A stretch of DNA of 64,000 bases from Candidatus Eiseniibacteriota bacterium (GTDB lineage Bacteria; Eisenbacteria; RBG-16-71-46): the NCBI GenBank assembly GCA_041483195.1, contig JBGPFC010000001.1, forward strand, positions 96,001-160,000. The letters run 5' to 3'. Below are positions 1 through 8,764 of the stretch, one piece after another. Under the pieces are notes generated by a model that worked only from the letters and a program-made list of their open reading frames with translations, was not told where the DNA came from and did not search any database. The position numbers and the translations under genes were made by a program. How positions within the stretch are numbered: position 1 is the stretch's first letter; each line of letters starts with the position of its first letter.

Positions 1-99
1 GTCGGCAAGGCCGGGCTGTTCCTGCTCACCGACATGGCGAGCGGCATCACCGGCGAAGTGCTTTACGTGGACGCGGGCTTTCGCATCATGGGGTGGTAG
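1..99 (+). CDS. fabI: enoyl-ACP reductase, 3' end only
   Basis: Frame 1 reads [32 protein letters not shown], the typical FabI C-terminus (ITGE..YVD.G). Confidence 0.8.
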   Translation, partial: VGKAGLFLLTDMASGITGEVLYVDAGFRIMGW

Positions 100-703
100 C
101 GGGGGCTCGGCCCAGCCTCGGGATCACCGCGCCCACCTGCCGCGCGTACTCGTCGAACTCCGCGCCGAACGATTCGCGCAGCAGCCTGTCCTCGGCGCGC
201 ACGCGGATCGCGGTGCCGATCGCGCCCAGCACCAGCCCGGATAGCAGTCCGATCCAGTGGCTCCACGCGATGCCGGTCGCGAGCATCGAACCCATCATCG
301 CGAGATAGATGGGATGGCGCACGAACGCGTAGGGGCCCGAGCGGACGAGGCGATGACCCTCGACCAGCCGCGCGGCGAAGCTCCACTCCCTGCCCAGCGT
401 TTGAATCGCAGCGAAGGCGAGCCAGAACGAGCCGATCAGTAGCCCGCACGCGAGAATCCCGAGCACGAGCTTGCCGGCTACCCCCGCCGGCACGATCGGA
501 GAAAAGTGCGTGCGGCCCAGCAGCCAGAGCGCGGTGTAGGCCAGCATCTGAAACCCGATGCCGACCAGCGAGGCGGGCGCCTTCTTCGCGGTCTCGGCCT
601 GTGGCGGATGCTTCCCGAACAGCGCGGCGACTCCTGCCACCAGCCAGCCGGCGGCGACCACGCCAAACGTCGCGGTGGGAATCGGATCGAGATCGAGCGT
701 CAT
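86..703 (-). CDS. isoprenylcysteine carboxylmethyltransferase (ICMT/PEMT) family membrane protein
   Basis: Multi-TM; motif [18 protein letters not shown] and C-terminal EDRLL..FG.EF.EY. Confidence 0.85.
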   Translation of the reverse strand: MTLDLDPIPTATFGVVAAGWLVAGVAALFGKHPPQAETAKKAPASLVGIGFQMLAYTALWLLGRTHFSPIVPAGVAGKLVLGILACGLLIGSFWLAFAAIQTLGREWSFAARLVEGHRLVRSGPYAFVRHPIYLAMMGSMLATGIAWSHWIGLLSGLVLGAIGTAIRVRAEDRLLRESFGAEFDEYARQVGAVIPRLGRAPATTP

Positions 704-767
704 GGTCTCCTCCGGTGCATGCGTCTGCGGCGACGACCGGGGACCGCATCGGCCCGGCTCGCCCTCA

Positions 768-2336
768 TTAGAACCGCGTCGTGAGCCTCAGCTCCGCGCC
801 CGAGAACGGCTCCACCGTATAGCAGGTGCCGGCGGTGCACGCGAGGCCGCCGCGGCGCTTTCCCACCGTGAGCGTGGCCTGATGGCGCTCGGTGAGCCGC
901 GCGCTCACCACCCCCGAGACGAACGTCACCGGGTCCACGTGCGGGTCCACGTCGCGCACCGGGTCCTCGGTGCGCGGATCGCTGGTGCGCTCCCACACCA
1001 GCGTCGCGCTCCCCCACTGCGCGCGCGCGATGCCGCACGAGAAGTAGTGGTCGCTCGACGAAACGGCGGGCCGCCGCGTCTCGTCCTTGCGGGCGAGATC
1101 CATCGTCGCCGACCAGTCGCGCCGGGCGCGCACCGTCACGCTCCCGCCGTAGATGTCGTCGTTGGTGACGAAGTCGAACTCGTCGAGGCCCCGCTGGATG
1201 TAGGCCGTGCCCTCGACGCTCGGCCAGCGCGTGGGCGCGGCGTGCAGCTCCCAATAGGTGGCCTCGTAGCGGCGCGCGCGGTTGGCGGGGGTGCCATCCG
1301 AGCGGCTGTGATTCGCGGTCACGCTCCCCCACGCCGGCACGGTGTACGACGCCTCGGCCTGAAATCCGTGCTCGCTCTCGGCATCGAGCACGTGGGTCGC
1401 GCGGTTCAAGAGCGTGAACGACTGCTCGCGCACCAGCGAGGGAGGATCGTTGTAGCCGAGCCGGAAATTCCGATAGTCCTTCCACTCGCCAGAGACCGAG
1501 ACCGGTCCCCACAGCAGGTTGCTGCCCACGTAGAGCGCGTGCGGAACTTTGTCGCCGGTCTTGAGCTCCCACCACTGATCCCACTTGCGGTTGAGCCCCG
1601 CGTACTCCGCATAGAGCGGGAGCGCCACGTTCTTCACGCCGAGCGCGCGCAGCGGATCGATCTCGGCGAAGCTCGAGCCCAGCTCGTCCTGGCGCAACGC
1701 GAGCGGGTCGGTGTACCGCAGGTAGGCCGCGCCCACGCGCGATCCGCGCCACGGCGCGAGCGCGGCCTGGCCGCCCGCGACCTCGCCCAGGTAGCGCGGC
1801 TGCTCGACCGCCTCGGTGCCGGGGGAGATCGTTCCGCCGTTCGGCTTGCCGGTGAAAATCCGCGTGCTGAACGGTCCCGCCTCGCCCTCGACCAGCACGC
1901 CGTCGAGATCGCGCGAGAACCCGTAGCGCGAGAGCAGCCCCGGCTCGTCGAGCACCACGCCCGGCACCTCGAACGAGCGCTGGATGAGGCCGCGGCCGAG
2001 AATCGTGTAGATGTTGCCGACGCGCACCCGCAGGCCGCGGTCGGTCCACTCCGCCCAGCGCTGCGTGATGACCTTGTAGGTGTAAGCCTGCTCGCTGTTC
2101 TCGTCGGTCTCGTACCGCCCGCCGATCCGCAGCTCGCCGATCGTGGCCTGGACCTCGAACTGGTCGTAGAGGTCGGTGCGGTTGCTGGGCTGATAGAGCT
2201 TCGAGTGCCCCGCCTGCGCGACCAGCAGATTGCTGACCGCGACCTGCGCGTGCGAGGCGGCGGGCGCGGCGAGCGCGCAGGCGATCAAGGCGCACGTCGC
2301 GCGCGCCGCGGCGGCCCGGAGCAGCGCGCGCCTCAC
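768..2336 (-). CDS. DUF6029-like outer-membrane beta-barrel protein
   Basis: GTG start overlaps the TlpA stop (GTGA 2336-2333); signal peptide ending ASHA|Q; GNIYTILGRGL motif; C-terminus RRGGLACTAGTCYTVEPFSGAELRLTTRF with terminal Phe. Confidence 0.75.
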   Translation of the reverse strand: MRRALLRAAAARATCALIACALAAPAASHAQVAVSNLLVAQAGHSKLYQPSNRTDLYDQFEVQATIGELRIGGRYETDENSEQAYTYKVITQRWAEWTDRGLRVRVGNIYTILGRGLIQRSFEVPGVVLDEPGLLSRYGFSRDLDGVLVEGEAGPFSTRIFTGKPNGGTISPGTEAVEQPRYLGEVAGGQAALAPWRGSRVGAAYLRYTDPLALRQDELGSSFAEIDPLRALGVKNVALPLYAEYAGLNRKWDQWWELKTGDKVPHALYVGSNLLWGPVSVSGEWKDYRNFRLGYNDPPSLVREQSFTLLNRATHVLDAESEHGFQAEASYTVPAWGSVTANHSRSDGTPANRARRYEATYWELHAAPTRWPSVEGTAYIQRGLDEFDFVTNDDIYGGSVTVRARRDWSATMDLARKDETRRPAVSSSDHYFSCGIARAQWGSATLVWERTSDPRTEDPVRDVDPHVDPVTFVSGVVSARLTERHQATLTVGKRRGGLACTAGTCYTVEPFSGAELRLTTRF

Positions 2337-2875
2337 CGCGCGGGGGCCTCGGGTGCTGGTAGCAGCTTCGCGATCGCGGCCTCGAGATCGCGCGTCTCGC
2401 CCGGATGCCAGCCCTCGCGCACACGGATCACCACGCCTGACGTGTCGATCAGCACCGTGGTCGGAAGCGCGCGCACCTGATAGAGCTGCTGCATGCGCCC
2501 GTCCTCGTCGATCGCGATCGGGTAAGTCATCCCTAGCCGCGACGCGGCGGGGCGCACCTTCGCGTAGTTGCGCGGGCCGTCGGCCGAGACCCCGACCACG
2601 GTGAGGCCGCGCGCCGCGTAGCGGCGGTAGAGCGCGTCCAGCTCGGGGATCTCCTCGACGCACGGATGGCACCACGTCGCCCAGAAGTCGAGCACCACCG
2701 GACCCTTCGCGAGCAGCCGGTCGAGGCGAAGCGTCTCGCCGGTGACGCCGCGCAGGCTGAACGGCGGCGCGATCCGGCGTTCGAGCGAGAGCGGCGCGGC
2801 GCCGAGCGTGAGGGCGGCGGTCAGGGCGAGCGTGGCAAGGATGATGAGGACGCGCGGCGAACGCGCGCCCATCAC
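2333..2875 (-). CDS. TlpA/ResA-like thiol:disulfide oxidoreductase
   Basis: N-terminal TM/signal; VVLDFWATWCHPC; LPTTVLID. Confidence 0.9.
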   Translation of the reverse strand: MMGARSPRVLIILATLALTAALTLGAAPLSLERRIAPPFSLRGVTGETLRLDRLLAKGPVVLDFWATWCHPCVEEIPELDALYRRYAARGLTVVGVSADGPRNYAKVRPAASRLGMTYPIAIDEDGRMQQLYQVRALPTTVLIDTSGVVIRVREGWHPGETRDLEAAIAKLLPAPEAPAR

Positions 2876-3726
2876 GGAAGCACCACGACCCGGCGCGCGA
2901 GGCGCACCGCGCCGATCGTGCCGCGCACCAGGTACACGCCCGCGGGCAGCGTGGCGCCCGAGGTGCTCCGCGCGTTCCAGCTCACGCGCGTGACGCCCGG
3001 CGCGAGCGGCGCGTTCCAGAGCGATGCGACCTCGCGGCCCGCGATGTCGTAGATCGCGGCGCGCGCCGGGAGATCGCGGGCGGTGGGATTCGCCAGCTCG
3101 AACGTGGTGGCGTGATGGAACGGGTTCGGCAGGTTGCCGATCCGATAGTCGCGCGGGCGCGCGTCGTCCACCGCGACCGGCGCCGAAACCAGCGAGTCGA
3201 TGCAGCCAAGGATCTCGTCGAGGTGGAAGCCGTCGCCGTATGGATACGTCAGCGCCGAGTTGTAGCGCACGATGTGTTGCTTGTTCACAACGATGTAGTT
3301 GTCTCTCCCGGCGTAGAGCGTGATGAAGTTGCCGCCGGTATTCGAGTTGGCGTTCAGCAGGAACGGGAACGTCGCGCCCATGGCGTTCTTGACCGTACGC
3401 ACGGTGGCCGCGCTGCCGCCATCGACCTCCGGAGCCACCACTTCCACCTCACCCGGGTTGCGCGTCTGGTAGTGCTGCCAGATGTCTGCCTCGACCGACG
3501 GACCGGCGGCCGCGCAGAATTCTCAGGTCCAACCGAACAGGAAGAAGACGATGACCTTGTTGGGCCAGCTCGCGAGCGTGCGGGTCGCGGGGGCCGGCGC
3601 GTCCAGCTCGGTCTTGCTGAAGCTCGGGGCGTTGGCGCCGAGCGCGAGCACGCCGTGCGCGGGACGCGTCTGCATGAGCAGCAGCGCGAGCGCCAGCGCC
3701 CCGATGGCCAGCTTGTGCCGCATCAT
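2872..3726 (-). CDS. secreted UxxC selenoprotein (AhpC/TSA-redoxin fold plus FlgD-Ig/T9SS-like C-terminal domain), paralogue A, about 284 aa
   Basis: ORFs 3523-3741 and 2872-3447 are in one frame, separated only by TGA at 3525-3523; read-through gives FFLFGWT-U-EFC-AAAGPSVEADIWQHY; signal peptide ending PAHG; SECIS-like hairpin follows. Confidence 0.88.
3484..3525 (-). promoter_or_regulatory. putative bacterial SECIS element, paralogue A
   Basis: UGA GAA UUC UGC GCG GCC GCC GGU CCG UCG GUC GAG GCA GA: stems UCUGC/GCAGA and CGGCCG/CGGUCG close a loop containing GGUC; GGU is the 7th codon after UGA. Confidence 0.7.
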
Positions 3727-3844
3727 CGAGCTTCCGACCATGACGGGAGACTCACGAGTGCGCTGCGATTCGCCGGGAATCAGGCCCGAACGACCGAACT
3801 ATTGTACTCCGACTCGGGCCGAACGGTGACCGGCGCCCTCGCGC

Positions 3845-4702
3845 TCACCGCACCCGCACCAGCCTCCGCTCCAGCGTCACGCGGCCGACGGTCGCGCGCA
3901 CCAGGTACAGCCCGGGCGCGAGCGGGCGGCCATCGCGGGCCCCGGCGTCCCAGCTGAAGCGCGTCACGCCCGGCGAGGCGACGCCTTCCATCACGGTCGC
4001 GACCCGGCGGCCCGCGACGTCGGTCACCGTGACGCGCGCGGGGAGCGTGCCGGCGGTGGGATTGTCGAGTTCGAACGCGACTTTGACGCGCGACGGATTC
4101 GGCGAGGCGCGCAACGCGAACTCGCGCGGCAGCGCATCATCTACGCCGACCGACGTCGTCACCAGCGAGTCGATGCACGCGCGGAGTTCGTCGAGGTGGT
4201 AACCGTTTCCGTACGGCCAGCGGTCGTTGCCCTGATAGCGCACGATCCCCTGCTTGTTGATCACCACCCAGTGATCGCGCCCGCCATAGAGGGTGAGGAT
4301 GTTGCCGCCGGTCGTCGCCGCGGCCAGCAGCAGCAGCGGGAAGGTGACGCCGGTGCTGGTCTCGAAACCTCCGAGCCCGGTTGGACTGCCATTGAGCACG
4401 TCGGGGCCGAGTATCATCACCTCCCCCGGGTTGGTGCCCTGGTAGTGCTCGTAGATGTTCGTCTCGGCTGACGGACCCGCCGCCAGGCAGTAGGGTCAGT
4501 CCCAGCCGAGGAGAAAGATGACGACCACCTTGCCCGCGTAATCGTGCAGCGACACGTTGGGCCCGGTCGTCCACGGCGGCCCGACCACCATGTGCTTGGT
4601 GAAGTCGGGCGCGGGCTGTCCCTCGTGAACGTAGGCATGCGCGGGAGCGGCGGACGCGAGCAGCATGATGAGCAGCGTTCCGAGGAGGATCGAACGACGC
4701 AC
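3845..4702 (-). CDS. secreted UxxC selenoprotein (AhpC/TSA-redoxin fold plus FlgD-Ig/T9SS-like C-terminal domain), paralogue B, about 285 aa
   Basis: GTG start with GGAG RBS; signal peptide ending PAHA|Y; in-frame TGA at 4498-4496 gives VIFLLGWD-U-PYC-LAAGPSAETNIYEHY and joins ORF 3845-4420. Confidence 0.88.
4460..4498 (-). promoter_or_regulatory. putative bacterial SECIS element, paralogue B
   Basis: UGA CCC UAC UGC CUG GCG GCG GGU CCG UCA GCC: stem GGC-GGCG/CGUC-(A bulge)-GCC with a GGUC apical loop; GGU is the 7th codon after UGA. Confidence 0.75.
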
Positions 4703-5009
4703 GGTGAGGCTCCGCAAGCGGCCAGCCTGGGGTCTTCGTCGCGCGGCCGAGAGGCGCCGCGACCCACGCATTGTAAGCCCACGCGACGCACCCGCGGCCG
4801 GATAGTTGTGGCGCCTGCGCCGCGGCGCCGCGCGCGGGCCGCGCTCGCGCGCGCCGGAGCGTGCCGAATGATGTTCGGCATGCGTAAAGCCCCCCTGCGC
4901 CACAAGCACTTGGAGCGCCCGGAATAGAGAATCGGGGGGTGGCGTACTTCCTGCGTACCACACGCGGTGACGACCCGATCCGCGTATCCACCTCATCAGG
5001 AGGAACGCC

Positions 5010-5957
5010 ATGAAGACCACTCAGATGCTCCGCAAGGTGCTCGCTCCGGCGCTCATGATTCAGATCGCGCTCGCGCTGACCCTCACGCTCGCGCTCGCCC
5101 TCTTCGTGCGGCCGGCGCACGCTGCACAATCCAGCTACAGCGCGAACGGCCAGGCGGTCAACGTCGAGGTGCTGGTGAACGGCAGCACGGCGCCGCTCTT
5201 CTCCGGGCCGGGCGGATGGGATCGCCACTACTTCCAGGCGTTCAAGGGCCTCAACTACTCGCTCGTTGTGCAGAACACCACCGGCGAGCGCGTGGGCGTG
5301 CTGATCGCGGTGGACGGTCTCAACGTGGTGAACGGGCTGCGCTCGAACCTGGCGAACGACGAAGCCATGTACGTGCTCGGACCGTGGGAGCGCGCGGAGA
5401 TCTCGGGCTGGAGGACGTCGCTGAACGACGTGCGCCGGTTCGTGTTCGTCGACGAGGAACGCTCCTACGCGCAGCGCACCGGTCAGGCGAACGGCGATCT
5501 CGGATGGATTCGCGTGCTCTCGTTCCGCGAGCGCCGCCCCATCGCGTGGATGCCGCAGCCGCGGATTCGCGACTTCAAGGACGAGCATCGCGCGGTCCCG
5601 TACGGCGACGAGTCCTCGCGCACCGAGGAAGAGCGCGCGCCGAGCGCGGGCAACGCCGAGCCGCAGGCGCAGGGCGACCGTCGCTCCGACGGTGCGGCCA
5701 AGGCGGGCGGGCTCAAGGAGCAGGCCGGCCAGCTGCACAGCGCGCCCGAATCGAATCCCGGCACGGGCTGGGGCGATCAGCGCTGGGATCCGGTGCAGCG
5801 CACCGTGTTCCTCGCGGCCTCGCGCCCGAGCGATCAGATCATCCTGCGCTACGAGTACTCGTCGGGTCTGCAGGCGCTCGGCATCTTCCCGCGGCGCCCG
5901 CGCACCTGGGAACGCGAGCACGGCGAGCTGGGCTTCGCGCAGGCCCCGCGCTGGTAG
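5010..5957 (+). CDS. secreted hypothetical protein
   Basis: AGGAGG RBS; signal peptide ending PAHA; coding-like codon bias; downstream hairpin. Confidence 0.75.
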   Translation: MKTTQMLRKVLAPALMIQIALALTLTLALALFVRPAHAAQSSYSANGQAVNVEVLVNGSTAPLFSGPGGWDRHYFQAFKGLNYSLVVQNTTGERVGVLIAVDGLNVVNGLRSNLANDEAMYVLGPWERAEISGWRTSLNDVRRFVFVDEERSYAQRTGQANGDLGWIRVLSFRERRPIAWMPQPRIRDFKDEHRAVPYGDESSRTEEERAPSAGNAEPQAQGDRRSDGAAKAGGLKEQAGQLHSAPESNPGTGWGDQRWDPVQRTVFLAASRPSDQIILRYEYSSGLQALGIFPRRPRTWEREHGELGFAQAPRW

Positions 5958-5993
5958 CGGATCGCGCCGGTCCAGCGAGCGGCGCGACTCCCG

Positions 5994-6028
5994 GCGGCCC
6001 GCCTCACTCGAGGCGGGCCGCTTCATTT
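5994..6028 (+). terminator. putative intrinsic terminator
   Basis: Perfect 12-bp stem GCGGCCCGCCTC-ACTC-GAGGCGGGCCGC followed by TTCATTT. Confidence 0.65.
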
Positions 6029-6085
6029 GAGACGGCCCGCTTTACCTGAGACGAGCCGCGCTCCCATCTGCTAATACTCCCCGCG

Positions 6086-7384
6086 ATGATCCCCGCCGCG
6101 GACGCAGCCCCCACCGATCGCGACCGGCGCCTCGCGGCGCGCGCGTGGTGTCTCTACGACTGGGCGAACTCGGCGTTCGCAACCACGGTGGTGGCCGCTG
6201 TGCTGCCGCCGTTCTTCGCGGCGATCGCCACCCACTCGATGCCCGCCCACCTCGCCACCGCGTGGTGGGGCTACGCGAGCGCCGCCGCGATGCTCGCCGC
6301 AGCGGTGGCCGGCCCGCTGCTCGGCGCGGCGGCCGATCGCGCGGGCCGGCGCAAGCCGCTGCTGGTCGGCTGCGTCGTGATCGGCGCGACCGCCACGTTT
6401 CTCATGGCGCTGGTTCCCGCCGGACAGTGGCACGGGCTGCTCGCGTGCTTCGCGATCGCGTTCATCGCGTTCGCCGCCGGCAACGTGCTCTACGATTCGC
6501 TGCTGCCGGCGGTCGCCGCGCCCGGCGAGATGCATCGCGTCTCGGCGCGTGGCTTCGCGTACGGCTACGCCGGCGGCGGGCTGCTGCTCGCGATCAACCT
6601 CGCGTGGATCCTGTTTCCCCGGCGCTTCGGACTCGCGGGCGTGGACGCCGCGACGCGGCTCTCGTTCGCGAGCGTCGCGCTGTGGTGGCTCGGCTTCTCG
6701 ATCCCGCTCTTCCGCCGCGTGCCGGAGCCTCCCGCCGCGGGCGCCGCGCCGGCCGCGCGCATCACGGGAAGCACGCTGGCCCAGGTGGCGCGCACGATCG
6801 CGCGCCTGCGCGAGCAGCCCGACCTGCTGCGATTCCTGATCGCGTTCTGGCTTTACAGCGACGGCATCGGCACCGTGGTCAAGATGGCGACCATCTACGG
6901 AAGCGAGGTCGGGATCGGGCGCAACGATCTGATCGGCGCGCTGCTCATGGTGCAGATCCTCGCCACCCCCGCGAGCCTCGCGTTCGGCAGGCTCGCGCGC
7001 CCGATCGGGCCGAAGGCCACCGTGGTGGTCGGGCTGCTCGGCTACGTCTGCATCAGCGTGCTCGGCTTCTTCATGTCGAGTCCCATCCACTTCTGGCTGC
7101 TGGCGGCGCTGGTCGCGATGTTCCAGGGCGGCACGCAGGCGCTCTCGCGCTCGATGTTCGCCTCGCTCGCGCCGCGGCGCCAGCTCTCCGAGATGTTCGG
7201 CTTCTACTCGGTGAGCGAAAAGCTGGCGGGCGTGATCGGTCCGCTGCTGTTCGGCCTGGTGGCGCAGGTCAGCGGGGCCGGGCGGTTCGCGGTGCTCACG
7301 CTCGTGCCGTTCCTCGCGGTGGGCGCGTGGCTGCTGACGACCGTGGACCTGGAGCGGGGAGCGAAGCGCGCGGCGGAAGTCTAG
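6086..7384 (+). CDS. MFS transporter (UMF1/Atg22-like)
   Basis: AWCLYDWANSAF start motif; GAAADRAGRRK; QGGTQALSRSMF; about 12 TM segments. Confidence 0.9.
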   Translation: MIPAADAAPTDRDRRLAARAWCLYDWANSAFATTVVAAVLPPFFAAIATHSMPAHLATAWWGYASAAAMLAAAVAGPLLGAAADRAGRRKPLLVGCVVIGATATFLMALVPAGQWHGLLACFAIAFIAFAAGNVLYDSLLPAVAAPGEMHRVSARGFAYGYAGGGLLLAINLAWILFPRRFGLAGVDAATRLSFASVALWWLGFSIPLFRRVPEPPAAGAAPAARITGSTLAQVARTIARLREQPDLLRFLIAFWLYSDGIGTVVKMATIYGSEVGIGRNDLIGALLMVQILATPASLAFGRLARPIGPKATVVVGLLGYVCISVLGFFMSSPIHFWLLAALVAMFQGGTQALSRSMFASLAPRRQLSEMFGFYSVSEKLAGVIGPLLFGLVAQVSGAGRFAVLTLVPFLAVGAWLLTTVDLERGAKRAAEV

Positions 7385-7538
7385 GCGCGGCCGGGCCGCG
7401 ACCATGCCCCGCATCACCCCCCCGGCCGCCTGTTTGGCGTCAAGCGACCGGCGTTCCCTGCCGAAATACCCCCGGACAAGGTGCGCGACCCCACCCGTGC
7501 CCATGGCACCGCGCGCCGGATAAGCCGGAGAGGCAGGC

Positions 7539-8723
7539 ATGCGTTCTCGATACCTGGGACTACTGGGGTGTACTGCGCTCATCGCGATCGGGTTGCTGGC
7601 CGCGACCCGCGCGCGGGCCGTGGATTTCAAGGTGCACGGCACGCTCGATCTGGTGGCGGACGAGTACAGCGAGGCGTACGACTTCAACCTGCTCACCCGC
7701 GGCGACTCGCCATTCGACGCCTTCGGGCTCCGCCTGTTCGCCGACTCGCAGCTCAACCCCCGGCTCCAGCTCTTCACGCAGTTCGTCGCGCGCGACGCCA
7801 TCGCGCCGTATGTGGATGGCGCCTACGTGAGCTTTACGCCGAGCCCGGGCCGCGACCTGCACCTGCTCGCGGGCAAGGTGCCGTGGGCGATCGGCACCTA
7901 CGCGCCGCGCACCTATTCGAACAAGAACCCGCTGATCGGAACTCCGCTCATGTACCAGTATCACACGACGCTCGTCTGGTACGAGATCGCGCCGAGCGCA
8001 GACAAGCTGCTCGCGACCGCGGGATCGGGCCAGTACGGCATCAACTACTTCGGATATGCGGAAGGCCTCGGCATGCCGCTGGTGGACGACTCGTACTGGG
8101 ACACGGGCGCGACGCTCGTGGGGAGCGCACGCCCGATCGAGTACGCGCTCGGCATGGGCCTCGGCACCCCGGGTTGGGGCAACACGACCCAGGACGAGAA
8201 CGCGGGAAAAACGGTGCTCGGCAGGCTCGGGCTCGCGCCCATGCCGTGGGTGCGGGTCGGCGTCTCCGGCGCCTACGGGCCATACATCGTCCAGTCGAAG
8301 AACCCGAAGCTGCCGGCGGACCACACCGTTGCCGACTATCACCAGAAGCTCGGGATGGCCGACGCCGAGTTGCAGATCGGGCACCTCGAGGCGCGCGCCG
8401 AAGCCGCTCGCAACATCTGGGAGACGCCGAGGCTGGGCCTGCTCGGCGTGAGCAGCGGCTACGCCGAGCTCAAGTACACGCTCTCGTGCGGCGGGTTCGT
8501 GGCCGGACGCGGCGACGCGATTCGCTTCGGCAAGATCAGCGACTCGGCCGGCACCGTGCGCACCTGGGATTCGAACGTGACGCGAATCGAAGGCGGGATC
8601 GGCTACCGCTTCGATCGCCAGACGATCGCAAAGGTCGTCTACCAGCAGACGATCATCGAGCGCTTCGGCCGCGAGGACCGCAGGCTCCCGCTGGTGGCGG
8701 CGCAGCTCTCGGTCGGGTTCTAG
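7539..8723 (+). CDS. putative outer-membrane porin/beta-barrel
   Basis: Signal peptide; alternating beta-strand pattern; ends QLSVGF. Confidence 0.6.
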   Translation: MRSRYLGLLGCTALIAIGLLAATRARAVDFKVHGTLDLVADEYSEAYDFNLLTRGDSPFDAFGLRLFADSQLNPRLQLFTQFVARDAIAPYVDGAYVSFTPSPGRDLHLLAGKVPWAIGTYAPRTYSNKNPLIGTPLMYQYHTTLVWYEIAPSADKLLATAGSGQYGINYFGYAEGLGMPLVDDSYWDTGATLVGSARPIEYALGMGLGTPGWGNTTQDENAGKTVLGRLGLAPMPWVRVGVSGAYGPYIVQSKNPKLPADHTVADYHQKLGMADAELQIGHLEARAEAARNIWETPRLGLLGVSSGYAELKYTLSCGGFVAGRGDAIRFGKISDSAGTVRTWDSNVTRIEGGIGYRFDRQTIAKVVYQQTIIERFGREDRRLPLVAAQLSVGF

Positions 8724-8764
8724 GGCGAACGCCGCGCCCGCGGCGCCTCGCACACGCCGAATCT

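Noticed and set aside
2872..4702. Pseudogenes or genome-wide UGA reassignment (Trp/Gly code) as the explanation for the in-frame TGAs
   Set aside because: TGA is a normal stop throughout the window (many ATGA/GTGA stop-start overlaps, and these genes themselves end in TGA) and Trp is encoded by TGG. The internal TGAs fall only at redox-Cys positions and are followed by hairpins.
3801..4775. TACAAT -10 boxes about 70 nt upstream of each Sec paralogue (3801-3806 and 4770-4775, minus)
   Set aside because: Suggestive, but there is no convincing -35 element, so not called as promoters
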